A stretch of 64,000 bases of DNA from assembly GCA_963719315.1 (NCBI GenBank), contig CAVRBU010000001.1, forward strand, positions 64,001 through 128,000, written 5' to 3'. The stretch is from an uncultured Planctomycetota bacterium. Its GTDB lineage: Bacteria > Planctomycetota > Planctomycetia > Pirellulales > Lacipirellulaceae. Below, piece after piece: positions 53,001 to 61,839 of this stretch. The notes beneath the pieces are model-generated. The model searched no databases, was not told the origin of the DNA, and saw only the letters and a program-made list of their open reading frames with translations. Positions within the stretch are counted from its first letter, which is position 1. Every line of letters starts with the position of its first letter. The position numbers and the translations under genes were made by a program.

Positions 53001-53742
53001 CATCAATGGTTCAAACGTCGGCAACGTCACCGTGAACGCCGGCGCCGCACTCAGGGGTACCGGCACCATTGGCGGCGTGGTCACCGTCAACCCCGGTGGC
53101 ACATTTGCCCCCGGAACTTCGCCCGGAACGATGACGGTCCACTCCCTGACGTTAATGCCCGGCAGCACGCTCGATTACGAGATCGGCGCCACGAGCGACC
53201 ACATTGTCCTCACCAACAACGGCGCCATTTCGTTGGGCGGCACGCTCAACATCTCGCTCGTCGGAGGTTTCACGCCGTCGCTCGGCCAATCATTCCAATT
53301 GTTTGACGGCGCCGTCGGATCCATCACTGGCGCGTTCGACGCGATCATAGCCCCCACGTTCAACGGCCTTACGTTCAATGTAGCTCAGAGTCCAAGTTCG
53401 ATACTTTTGCAAGTCGGAAATGCACCCTATCTGGCCGGTGACTACAACGGAAACGGCGCCGTTGACGCAGCCGATTACGTCCTGTGGCGTCACAACCTTG
53501 GCTCCGGCACGTCGCTGCTGAACGACGACACCCCCGGCGTCGGCCAAGACGACTACACGCGCTGGCGCACCCACTTCGGCCAAACCGCCGGCTCCGGTTC
53601 GGGTGCCACTGGCGGGGTACCCTCTGGGTCCAGTGCCTCAAACGCCATTCCCGAGCCAGGATCGCTCGTATTAGTTCTGCCTGCCATTCTGGGGTTGTTC
53701 ACGATTCCCCGCGGCCGAGCGCCGGCCAAAAATCGAATCTAG
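50023..53742 (+). CDS. secreted HEXXH metalloprotease-like beta-helical protein with autotransporter-associated repeat, dockerin-like domain and PEP-CTERM
   Basis: Signal peptide, HELAHGMG, GSSTSHLD, LTKVGTGQLTLSGTNTYTG, GDYNGNGAVDAADY, IPEP+TM+basic. Confidence 0.85.
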   Translation: MFLHKSLSVGCLALLLVASPSVRAIDFVFFYDDPADTGFLDPDLGQQRRDAMEYAGNIWGRLIRPTSVGETITVHAQFATYAPGNSVLAAAKPHFFYSDFGSSSPAYVPNVNYPKALADHLHGADLNSTRYDIEVKVNAERDFYWGTDGMPPESQYDFVSTALHELAHGMGFFDSLHQNGDYGIYGDGTHDAICGGCLATPYDRFLTLGPGSAVPLLSLSENGRANALISDNVFWNGTYGIQGNGWMPPKIYSPTTYETGSSTSHLDDPTFPNDLMISAISRGKVRLPSAMDRGILRDMGWDISVVSQEVFWTADGANNSASTANNWGPAMPLPGDSLGFGSGGSEFTDVNMDLTLYSVGALLFDNSAPAYTLHFREFTDTDFTDAGVVNDSAQLQTFILEEGDHGAKMAFKNGASAANAAYELQGGTTGIGGGPPPMNPYYYIRTNGAHVSFDDTATADHATFNIEGGAGNGGNHATVEFKGSSTAGAAAFSNAGGRKGLSLPIGTTQAGFGGQTVFKESSVAGTAHFQNGGVQDDVLGSGGYTTFADSSSADHATIENLGSPYSQGESGVTEFTDTSTADSANITNYPSAVSIASTTPAGRTSFFDAASASNGTFTNKGGSGSDAKGGVTSFYDQSTAGNGMFINEGSVYGNIPYAGGTYFHDNSTAGTATFRNQTRGGVTAFFNSSSADQGTFIIEAATAEFRTGRVFFHDNSKAGTAHFIAEPLAYQGYFLFYENSNAENGDFTLPDNSQARIQFADSSGADAANFDIGATGWLQAFGSNNMGSSTIRCRPGSICQFSGVSLSPTPTTTLGNAMITVDGASAAAAAAVLTVGFNATAANATITTKGGAVSGALGAHTTFSAGQLGNATLITESGAVAGAQGGFTILIQGANSDNARAITEAGATFDVSGNRNYGVTNIGSIEGAGTYHLSGAELQTGSLNLNTIVSGPIIDLSNVSLGGKLTKVGTGQLTLSGTNTYTGLTKVDGGTLAINGSNVGNVTVNAGAALRGTGTIGGVVTVNPGGTFAPGTSPGTMTVHSLTLMPGSTLDYEIGATSDHIVLTNNGAISLGGTLNISLVGGFTPSLGQSFQLFDGAVGSITGAFDAIIAPTFNGLTFNVAQSPSSILLQVGNAPYLAGDYNGNGAVDAADYVLWRHNLGSGTSLLNDDTPGVGQDDYTRWRTHFGQTAGSGSGATGGVPSGSSASNAIPEPGSLVLVLPAILGLFTIPRGRAPAKNRI

Positions 53743-53821
53743 AAATCCACGCCCAATCTGCTACATTCGATCTCCGCGCCGAAAATCCCGGCGCTCGCTC
53801 TTTGGCAACCAGGAGTAACCA

Positions 53822-53906
53822 GTAGGTCCCGCTTGCCGAGCGGGACCTCAGCGGCTGTGCGCGCGCTCCACCCGCACGGAGGTCCCTTCCGGCAGAAGGG
53901 ACCTAC
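53822..53906. repeat. GTAG-type REP doublet
   Basis: gtaggtcccgcttgccgagcgggacct ... aggtcccttccggcagaagggacctac. Confidence 0.85.
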
Positions 53907-54253
53907 AGCGTGGGCCTCTCCCCACGGGAGAGGAAGTCGCACGTTTCGTGTATCAAGGAACGTAAACTTCCCGACTTTTGCCCGCCGCCGTGCGCGCCCC
54001 ATCGCGGGTTTTGCAGAGCGGCGCGCTCGGCTGGTCGAGCAAAACGAAAGACTTTTGTACGCGTTCTATGGGACCCCTACCAGGCGCCCAATTCTAACGC
54101 GTGGCCACACAAGAGGTTAGCAACCGAGCGCACGAAACCCCGCGGGCAAAAGTCACGAAAACGCCAGAACGGCGCGATTACGCGCAAGACAATCCAAAAG
54201 ATCGGTCCAAAACTCGACTTCTTACTCCGTGCTCCCTGCCCCGTGCTCTCAGC

Positions 54254-55213
54254 TTACGCCGGCTTCATTCCCTTCGGAATATCCCGCAGCCGCACGACGT
54301 CCCATGCCAGGCCGACCTTTTCCATCAGCCAGATCATGTAGTACGTCACGTCGATTTCCCACCAGCGGTGACCCTGGCTAGCGACGCGTTGGTAAGCGTG
54401 GTGATTGTTGTGCCAACCCTCGCCGAACGCGAGCAGGCCGACCCACCACAAGTTGCGGCTGTCGTCGGTCGTTTCATAACGCCGCGTGCCCCACATGTGT
54501 GTCACGGAGTTGATCATCCAGGTCACGTGCAGCACGTACACCATCCGCACGCCGAGGCCCCAGAGCATCATCGACAACCCGGCCCGCCAGCCGCCCAGGC
54601 CAACCGCCGTGCCGAATTCGCCAATCAGAAACAGGATCACGCCCGTCGCAATGTGCGACGGCAGGAATAGATGATGAATCACCACCATCATCTTGTCCTT
54701 CAAGATATCGGGCGCGTACTTCTCGACGAGCTCCTTGTGCCACCGCCGACCGAAGTTGGGCATGAACCACAGCATGTGGCTCCACCACGCGCCGTCGCGC
54801 GGCGAATGCGGGTCGCCCTCTTTGTCGCTGAAGAAATGGTGCTTGCGATGGTTAGCCACCCAGGTGAGCGCCGAGCCTTCGCCCGACAGTCCGCCGACGA
54901 ACGCCAACAGCCACCGCACGGGTCGATACGTTTTGAAGCTGCCGTGCGTCAGGCAGCGGTGATAACCCATGCAAACGCCCATCGAGCCCGTCAGCAAGAT
55001 CAGAATCGCACAGGTCAACATTGCCTGCCAACTGAAGAAGAACGGCGCGACCAGCGCGAGCGCGTGAACCAACCCGATCCAGACCACCACAGGCCAATCG
55101 ATGCCCTGCCGAACCAATTCCGCGGCGCCGGCTCCTGGCGCCAACGCGCCTTCGGCGCCGTTCGCGCTCGCCGTGGACAATTCGAAATTCCCGTCGCGGG
55201 CGCGCTGGCGCAC
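54254..55213 (-). CDS. acyl-lipid/acyl-CoA delta-9-type fatty acid desaturase; true start may be ATG 55296 via a frameshift
   Basis: His boxes YHRCLTH, HRKHH, WHNNHH; DPHSP. Confidence 0.92.
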   Translation of the reverse strand: MRQRARDGNFELSTASANGAEGALAPGAGAAELVRQGIDWPVVVWIGLVHALALVAPFFFSWQAMLTCAILILLTGSMGVCMGYHRCLTHGSFKTYRPVRWLLAFVGGLSGEGSALTWVANHRKHHFFSDKEGDPHSPRDGAWWSHMLWFMPNFGRRWHKELVEKYAPDILKDKMMVVIHHLFLPSHIATGVILFLIGEFGTAVGLGGWRAGLSMMLWGLGVRMVYVLHVTWMINSVTHMWGTRRYETTDDSRNLWWVGLLAFGEGWHNNHHAYQRVASQGHRWWEIDVTYYMIWLMEKVGLAWDVVRLRDIPKGMKPA

Positions 55214-55470
55214 AGCAGTTTACGATTCACTCCGCGATGGTCGCGGACTTTATCCTCAGTGCGAGTCAGCAAACCGACCGTTTCCTGATCGTTCATCTTC
55301 TCTGGGTTCCCTACATAAAGTTATCGGTTGCCGCCAATCACCAACCGAAAGGGTGTTGATGATAAGACGTATCAATAAGCCAAGCAGCGCTAAATCATAG
55401 GCTCAGTGCTCACAAAGGGCTAGCCCAAAGAACCCAGTCCGCCTTCGGCCTCGATTCGCAAACTAAAGGT

Positions 55471-55867
55471 TTATGGCTGCCCGCGGGCGGCCCCGAAAAA
55501 ACTCGAATCACAATGCCAAGTCCCGACTTTCAGCGGCACGCCGTCCGCCACGTGGAATTGGATCGTTCCGACCCGATTCGTGGCCAATACCCGCGCTCCG
55601 GACCGTTCGTATGTTTTAGTGACGAGCTCGATCTCATCCCCGCCGCCGCCGCTGATCACTACCCAATTCGGTGTGCTCCAAGCGGCGAAGCCCGGCGGAT
55701 CGCTTCGCCGGCTGCCGTGGTGCGGCGCGAGAAGGATGTCGCAGTCGTAGGACTTCTCGGCCATCACGTCGTCGATGCCGGGCGATTCCAAGTCGCCGGG
55801 CAACAACAGCCGCCGACCCGCGTACTCCACCCCCAACGTGACGCTATTCGCGTTATCGCTTCCAATT
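55471..55867 (-). pseudogene. comEC: 3' remnant of ComEC/Rec2 (metallo-beta-lactamase domain), cut by the integrated element
   Basis: GSDNANSVTL...LLLPGDLE...DILLAPHHGS...VVISG. Upstream of IGSDN the similarity stops and composition shifts abruptly. Confidence 0.8.
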
Positions 55868-55912
55868 CTGGTTACCGTGGATTCGTTGGCGGTCGCATAA
55901 GGATTCAACACC

Positions 55913-56092
55913 ATGCCCCAAGAAAAGATGACGTGGCTACAGTGGCAGCGACGGCAAGCGATCAAGCAGTTGGAGCGAAATAGACTGAAAAGAAAGGCTA
56001 AGCGTCAACGGAAGGCGATGAAGATTGAGTTTGATGATGAGCGGATTGCAATGTTAAGAGCACGCCTAATCGCACTGGAGAAAGCCGTCTAA
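55913..56092 (+). CDS. small basic helical protein, 59 aa (missing from ORF track)
   Basis: AAGGA RBS; MPQEKMTWLQWQRRQAIKQLERNRLKRKAKRQRKAMKIEFDDERIAMLRARLIALEKAV*. Confidence 0.6.
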   Translation: MPQEKMTWLQWQRRQAIKQLERNRLKRKAKRQRKAMKIEFDDERIAMLRARLIALEKAV

Positions 56093-56222
56093 AAGAAAGT
56101 TCGTGTCGATAATAATTAAGAGCCGGTGTGCGGGGTAGCTCCCACGCATAGTCCTGCCAACACGTTAAGTCGTTTGTCCTCGCTAAACGTGTTGGCGGGC
56201 GTCCCGGTTCAGAGGACAAAAA

Positions 56223-56891
56223 ATGAAACTAATCAATGGTCGATGGTCTGCGATAGATTACGTTGAACAAGAAACCAAAACTGGCAAAGCAAGTCGGGTC
56301 ATTCGGCCTTTTGCCATCGGCCCAAAAGATCGGGTTCTGATCGTTGGTCGCAAGTCTGGCCGCGAGCGAGACAAGAATCTCAAAGATTCTATCGCCAGTC
56401 TGACCCAGGTCGTTGAATCGGCAGGCGGAACTGTGGTAGGCAGCTTCGGTTGGAAAGGCTCGGGGTGGGATCCTGATTGGATAGCCGCCGCAGTGCTGCG
56501 GGCACGGCGAATGGGGGCTACTGTACTCTTGGCTGAAACCACAGATCGTTTCATTCGCAACTTGCATTATCATAGTGCCGACAATCCCGATCTCCAGGCT
56601 ACAGATGAGCAGCTAGATGAGGCAGCTCGACTTGCGGACGGGATGACATTAATGACTCACCTAAATCCGGACGCTACGCCAAGTGAGGTTCGAGGCTACC
56701 AGTCTGCTCGCGGTCAGCGAATCAAAAACCGGACAGGTGGGCGGCCAAGGAATCCAGGTTCTACGAGGCACAGACGGTGGGCCAATCTCGTAGACGTGAG
56801 GCGGGCCCGAAGACGAGGCATGAGCCTGCGGGAAATTGCGGTGGACTTCGGGATTTCAAAGTCCGTTATCTATGACTGGTTGAATAGATAG
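56223..56891 (+). CDS. divergent serine recombinase (resolvase-like) with C-terminal HTH
   Basis: VLIVGRKSGRE (catalytic RxS), GSG, LLAETTDRFIR, GGRP, MSLREIAVDFGISKSVIYDWL. Confidence 0.7.
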   Translation: MKLINGRWSAIDYVEQETKTGKASRVIRPFAIGPKDRVLIVGRKSGRERDKNLKDSIASLTQVVESAGGTVVGSFGWKGSGWDPDWIAAAVLRARRMGATVLLAETTDRFIRNLHYHSADNPDLQATDEQLDEAARLADGMTLMTHLNPDATPSEVRGYQSARGQRIKNRTGGRPRNPGSTRHRRWANLVDVRRARRRGMSLREIAVDFGISKSVIYDWLNR

Positions 56892-57087
56892 TCAGCGGGT
56901 GTCCGGTTTTTGACCGGATTTACACTGTAAGATTTCAGTTCACCCACGTATTTGCAGTGTTTCTTGCAGACCGATGCTGCAAAAAGCTATCGAAAACCGT
57001 TACAATAGCTCCCACGCCATATTACTACTCGTCACGGGGTTTCGCGTGTGGGAATCGACGGCTCCCGGCACATGATTCGGGTAGCCG

Positions 57088-57621
57088 CTACTTCCCGCCG
57101 ATCTGCTCTATTATCTCAACGATCTTGGGTACACTTTCATCGTGATTGCGATAGAAAGGGTTCTTTTGCAATTCGATGCCAGCGTTTTCGTAACGGGCTC
57201 GGCGATTGACCCCATCCCAGTCGACAGGCATCTTGGTGCGATGTAGGAGTTCGTCCTCTTCCTTTGTAATTGTCGCAATCTCCCAATGTTTATTCAAAAG
57301 GTCTTCCACGAAATCGACCGTGAGTTCACCTTTTTTTGCTCGTTCCTCACACGGCCCTTGAATGTATTTCTGTTTAGGCACAAGGTGCTCATATCTCAGG
57401 CCCGGGTACTTCTTAGCTTTGAGCTGTTGCAGAGCGGCACTGGAAATCAAATGCGTCTTATGGTGTTTGTGCATACTTTGAAAATGACTTTGACTGGCAA
57501 AGGCATTTGATAAGAATTTGTTCAGCCCTTCCTTAAGCCCTTTTACGACTAGTTCATCCGTCCAGTCGATGCTGTTGAGCAATTTGCAGTACGATTCCGC
57601 CAGTTTCCGGTATTGTGACAT
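57088..57621 (-). CDS. hypothetical protein with HNH-like EHxVP motif
   Basis: LRYEHLVPK ... IATITKEEDELL ... RY; directly downstream of mrr. Confidence 0.65.
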   Translation of the reverse strand: MSQYRKLAESYCKLLNSIDWTDELVVKGLKEGLNKFLSNAFASQSHFQSMHKHHKTHLISSAALQQLKAKKYPGLRYEHLVPKQKYIQGPCEERAKKGELTVDFVEDLLNKHWEIATITKEEDELLHRTKMPVDWDGVNRRARYENAGIELQKNPFYRNHDESVPKIVEIIEQIGGK

Positions 57622-57629
57622 TGGTCGAA

Positions 57630-58544
57630 TCACTCATCTTCGTCGAAGAAATCCTCGGAGATATCCAGAAGTTCGTAATTGCGTTTCGGTGTAACGCCAA
57701 CGCGATGCTCGATCATCAACTGGCAGAGCTTATCTCCGTCGATTAGGACTACTTTCTTACCCTCGATGCGATCAACATATTCGAGTGCATCGCTGCTAAA
57801 GTGGCTCGTAGTTAGGATCACACCTTTCTTGCTGCGGTGTAGGTCCATGCTGCCAACAAACTCTTTAACGGTCGGGCTGCCGACAGTTTTTTCCCAGCGT
57901 TTCGCTTGGATACAGACTGTGTCGAGGCCCAACTTATCCTCGGAGATGATACCGTCGATTCCGCCATCGCCCGACTGCGGTGTTACCAGTCCGCTGCCGG
58001 TCACTCCGCCATATCCCATCGCTTGCAATAATCTCAGCACGACGGTCTCAAAAAAGTAGGGTGAGCATTCTTTGACTTTTTCCAACAAGTCGGTCGCTAC
58101 TTTCTTTCGCAATTGATCGTAGGCCGAGTCGATAACTTCTTCGGGCGTGGCGGTCGTCTCAATCCGCTCATCGACCGGTTCTACATCCTTATCTGTGGCC
58201 TTTCCTTTCTTGAATTCACGAAACGAGTCGTATTTTCGCAGAAAATTTTGGTCGATTTGACTTGGGTTTTGTTTAAGTACGTTACGGCCAAGTTCCGTGA
58301 TCGTAACAAAACCGCGTTTTGGCGAAGATAGAAGCCCTGCGGCTTTCAAGTAGCTGCGAGCCCAGCCGATGCGGTTGGGTACGAATCGTTTCTGTCCGCT
58401 CGGCATTTTTCGGTTGATCTCTTCGTCAGTGAGTGCGAACCCCTTGGCGAGTGGCAAATAGAGATCACGCAGACGATGATCTTGGCCATCTTCAATGGCG
58501 GTGAGGAGCGGGAGCATAAAGGCATCATACGTTGGAATAGTCAT
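57630..58544 (-). CDS. mrr: Mrr type IV restriction endonuclease
   Basis: IPTYD.FMLP.L, NRIGWARSYL (Mrr_N); FFE.VV..LL.AMGY, GDGGIDG, IQAKRW, VLIDG. Confidence 0.95.
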   Translation of the reverse strand: MTIPTYDAFMLPLLTAIEDGQDHRLRDLYLPLAKGFALTDEEINRKMPSGQKRFVPNRIGWARSYLKAAGLLSSPKRGFVTITELGRNVLKQNPSQIDQNFLRKYDSFREFKKGKATDKDVEPVDERIETTATPEEVIDSAYDQLRKKVATDLLEKVKECSPYFFETVVLRLLQAMGYGGVTGSGLVTPQSGDGGIDGIISEDKLGLDTVCIQAKRWEKTVGSPTVKEFVGSMDLHRSKKGVILTTSHFSSDALEYVDRIEGKKVVLIDGDKLCQLMIEHRVGVTPKRNYELLDISEDFFDEDE

Positions 58545-58878
58545 AGGCGGATTCTAAATTACGCGGAAGCAGCACGCGAGATAAGGAGCGACGCCGAAGG
58601 CGGAGCGACTCGGGAAGAAGCATTGGCCGATGGTGATCTCGCAGCGGTGTCTCAACGCTATTCCCGTGATGGTCTGTCAATGTCCAGTGAGACAGTGAGA
58701 AATCTTGCGAAAACGGACTTTTTTAAGTCACTATCTAGCAACGACTTGCGTCAACCGATTGCACCATTTGGTGTCTAATTGGTGCAATGACTAAACCGCT
58801 CCTTTCGTGAAACTGGTCGAGCACGGGCGGCATCGTTAGCGGCCCGCTCACTCACCCCGTTTCACAAGGAGAAATCTC

Positions 58879-59361
58879 ATGGCTACGATCACAAAGAAGA
58901 CCGCGAAGAAGTCTTCACCAGTCAAGAAGAAGACCGCCTCGAAGCAAAAGCAGTCAGTTACGGAATGGTGGCAAGATTCGTGGCAACACTTGGAAGACTT
59001 ACGCGAGAAGTACGATGGTCTTCCAGGCTTGATGGAGTACGCAACGGAAGAACTCGAAGTGAATCAAGATTGCGAAGTAGACGACATAGCAAACGAACTT
59101 CAAACTGAATCCTACTACGAGGACATGGACGTTGAAGAGTTTATCATCCTTGAAAAAGGTCCAGCGTTCATGACGAACAGAGCAATCTTCACGTGGTCAT
59201 ACAGCCACAGCAAAGATACCAAGGCTGTCGTATGTAAACTGGCAGCAGATTACGGTTTGACTTTCAATCAGCTAGTCAAACTTTACAATGCCCTGCCCAA
59301 CGAGAAAGACTGGAAAGGACAGGACGTAAAAGAGTTGTATGATCTCCACGTCAAGAAGTAA
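58879..59361 (+). CDS. hypothetical protein, Lys-rich N-tail + acidic core
   Basis: Strong AAGGAG RBS, followed by a hairpin at ~59373-59400. Confidence 0.75.
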   Translation: MATITKKTAKKSSPVKKKTASKQKQSVTEWWQDSWQHLEDLREKYDGLPGLMEYATEELEVNQDCEVDDIANELQTESYYEDMDVEEFIILEKGPAFMTNRAIFTWSYSHSKDTKAVVCKLAADYGLTFNQLVKLYNALPNEKDWKGQDVKELYDLHVKK

Positions 59362-59441
59362 GTAAATCAGCTCACTCTCGCTCATGGAGGAGCGAGTGTG
59401 GGCATTGTCTTCCAAAGAGTTCAACCAATAAGGAATCTCAC

Positions 59442-59705
59442 ATGGACCACTATCAACAGTCGCACGAAACTCTGACTAGTGGAGTCAAAAAGAAGTTTGA
59501 GGATCTGGAACGGAACTACCCAGAGCCAGAGCATCAAGGTGCCTTGGCGAACTTGCGTGCAAAGGTACACAACTTCTGCACATCCGAGGTGCCGACCAAC
59601 GACGATGAACTGATGAAACTTACAAAGTCTAAAATGGATGTGATGACGGCAATACACGGAGTAGACAGTGTTCTACATCGAATGAAACTGTGGGCTAAAA
59701 AATGA
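59442..59705 (+). CDS. hypothetical protein
   Basis: AAGGA RBS, 87-aa ORF. Confidence 0.6.
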   Translation: MDHYQQSHETLTSGVKKKFEDLERNYPEPEHQGALANLRAKVHNFCTSEVPTNDDELMKLTKSKMDVMTAIHGVDSVLHRMKLWAKK

Positions 59706-59768
59706 ACTTGGAGTACAAGAATTGGCCCGTGAGATTGCTAGAGATTCTAGTCCACAAAACGATCTGGA

Positions 59769-60671
59769 TTAGTTTTTCTGCCGAGGCCGAGGTAGCGGTA
59801 CGATAGTCGGAACGTCGGCTTTCCAAACTTGACTTCTAGAGGTGCTTGTTGGAGGCATGGTATTATATGAGACGGTCCGTGGCACATCGGCACTAAGTGG
59901 CAGACCCGGAACAATCATTTCTGATTCGTCACAAGCCATAGTTGGAGAACTCCCATTGGCCGGAGCGGTCTGTCCTGCGTTTTTGGTATCCTGCCAAAAT
60001 GCCTTTACATGGAACCGCAACCACTGACGGTTGTGCTGATCTGGGTACTCAGTAAGCACAAATACAAATTCGTGCATTACCGACTGCTTCGGCCTTAACA
60101 CCGTTACTGTTTCAATAGTTTCGCCAGCATGTTTTAACTCATACCAATTAATATGCGGCGAATTATTTGAGATGGCGAAAATGCGACCGTGCCTACAATC
60201 GTGGGTCGGGTCCAATTTGGATAAGTCCGGGTAATCATCGTGTCTTTTCGCAATTGGCTTAAGTGGTACGTCCATAGTCGTAGCCGCATCTTTTACAATG
60301 TTACGCCGTTGATTGAAAAACTTTTGCGTGAGATACAAATCCTGTTGAGCGTCATCCGTAGGAACCCCGTCTGAGACGACCAATTGAAGTTTCTTTAACT
60401 CAGCTTCGGCTCCACCCACGTTTGTTACTACAATTCTCAGGCGTATCTCGCGGATGTCTTCGACTGAATCCGATTGTGAGATCGTTGGCGTCAAGGTAAT
60501 AGCCGGCTTGTTTTGCTGCTCGATATTTTCTGCTTGAGCCGCTGTTAGGCGATTTGGTTGGCGACCAAGAAGAAGATAGTTACCGCCAAGAACCAAGAGT
60601 GCCATTAATCCACCTGCGACTGCCCCGGGCACTCCATCATACGAAAATACTTTCGCAAGCAGTTTTTTCAT
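59769..60671 (-). CDS. membrane-anchored hypothetical protein
   Basis: N-terminal TM helix (AVAGGLMALLVLGG), long ORF in AT-richer DNA. Confidence 0.7.
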   Translation of the reverse strand: MKKLLAKVFSYDGVPGAVAGGLMALLVLGGNYLLLGRQPNRLTAAQAENIEQQNKPAITLTPTISQSDSVEDIREIRLRIVVTNVGGAEAELKKLQLVVSDGVPTDDAQQDLYLTQKFFNQRRNIVKDAATTMDVPLKPIAKRHDDYPDLSKLDPTHDCRHGRIFAISNNSPHINWYELKHAGETIETVTVLRPKQSVMHEFVFVLTEYPDQHNRQWLRFHVKAFWQDTKNAGQTAPANGSSPTMACDESEMIVPGLPLSADVPRTVSYNTMPPTSTSRSQVWKADVPTIVPLPRPRQKN

Positions 60672-61744
60672 CACATCGTCCAATGAGTGCGGGATGTTGA
60701 GTCGAGAACCTGAGTGACTTTGTCGCGATCTGTCATGGGAAACGCTCCAAGATCAAAGTGACGCAATTTTAGCAATGAGTTCGGCGGATACCCATTAATT
60801 GCGACTTGTTGAAAATGCTGGTGCTGAGTATGCGTCGATTATCGACATTCAACGGCAAAAAACAATTAGTGAGTTCGGCGAAAAATGCAAGGAGATTCAC
60901 GAACTACACCCACCAGTTATCCACCAGATACCCCGTGCAACACAGTCCGCTCTCTCAGCAAATCCCCAGTCAACCTCACTCCAACTAGTGAGCAGACTCC
61001 GTCCAAAATCGCTAGGCAACTTCCGAACAAACGCAAGTGAGTTGGAAAAATGTGAGGCAAAAGAAAACCTCGAAAAAACAAGCAGCAAAAGCATCCTAGA
61101 CACCACACACCACACCCCACAAACCGCCGGTAAACCCCGCTCCGCAGCAACGCTCCACGAAGACAGCAAAAAAACAGAAAACGAGCCGAAGTGAATGCCT
61201 TAGTCAGTTTTGTCTAGTGCGTCCCAAGCAGTAAGACTACACTGCCACTAGATCACGATGTCTCAAACAGTGCGTACTGACCTAGGAGCAAAGACAAAAT
61301 CTAGTCACAACTAGGTAGAATCTGAGAAGCCTAACTAGAACTAGTTAACTCCCTAGTTATCATAAACGTCTGCGGCAGTTTTTTGCAGATTCTCGCCACG
61401 CTAGATTCGTCTAAAAAGAAAACTCAGGTCCCAAGAGGCCCGGCTTAGATTTTCGACGATCTGATCAACCTCGCGTCGATCTTCGATCCAAGTCTGGCTA
61501 CTCCGCGTCTAATGACCACAGCTCACGATCTAGCACGTCTGCATCGTCTCAAGCGTCGCTCACGCTGTAGATCACGCGACGATCACACTGTAGCTCCACG
61601 TCGTCTGTCAGTCGGTCGATGCTCACGCTGTCCATTTTATGGGGATCAGCGTTTCTCGCTTTGATCAATGCGTCGAACAATCACCGCGAATTTTTAGCCA
61701 GTGATCGTTCCGAAAAGAATCCGTCGATTTTATCGTTCGACCGA

Positions 61745-61772
61745 TTGACAGCGATCAAACAACCGATACGAT
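61745..61772 (+). promoter_or_regulatory. near-consensus sigma70 promoter
   Basis: TTGACA-16bp-TACGAT, followed by the palindrome tagctagtg...cactagcta (61779-61806). Confidence 0.65.
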
Positions 61773-61839
61773 GAAAGATAGCTAGTGGACGTGTGTACAC
61801 TAGCTAGTTTTAGTCACCACGTATTTTGGAGAATCTGTC

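Noticed and set aside
55471..55965. complete stand-alone 164-aa MBL protein
   Set aside because: The first ~33 codons come from element DNA and overlap a better ORF on the other strand, and the N-terminal HxxxDH motif is missing. It is treated as a comEC remnant.
60799..61194. 131-aa ORF in the element
   Set aside because: Weak start, no RBS and compositionally skewed low-complexity DNA; may be non-coding
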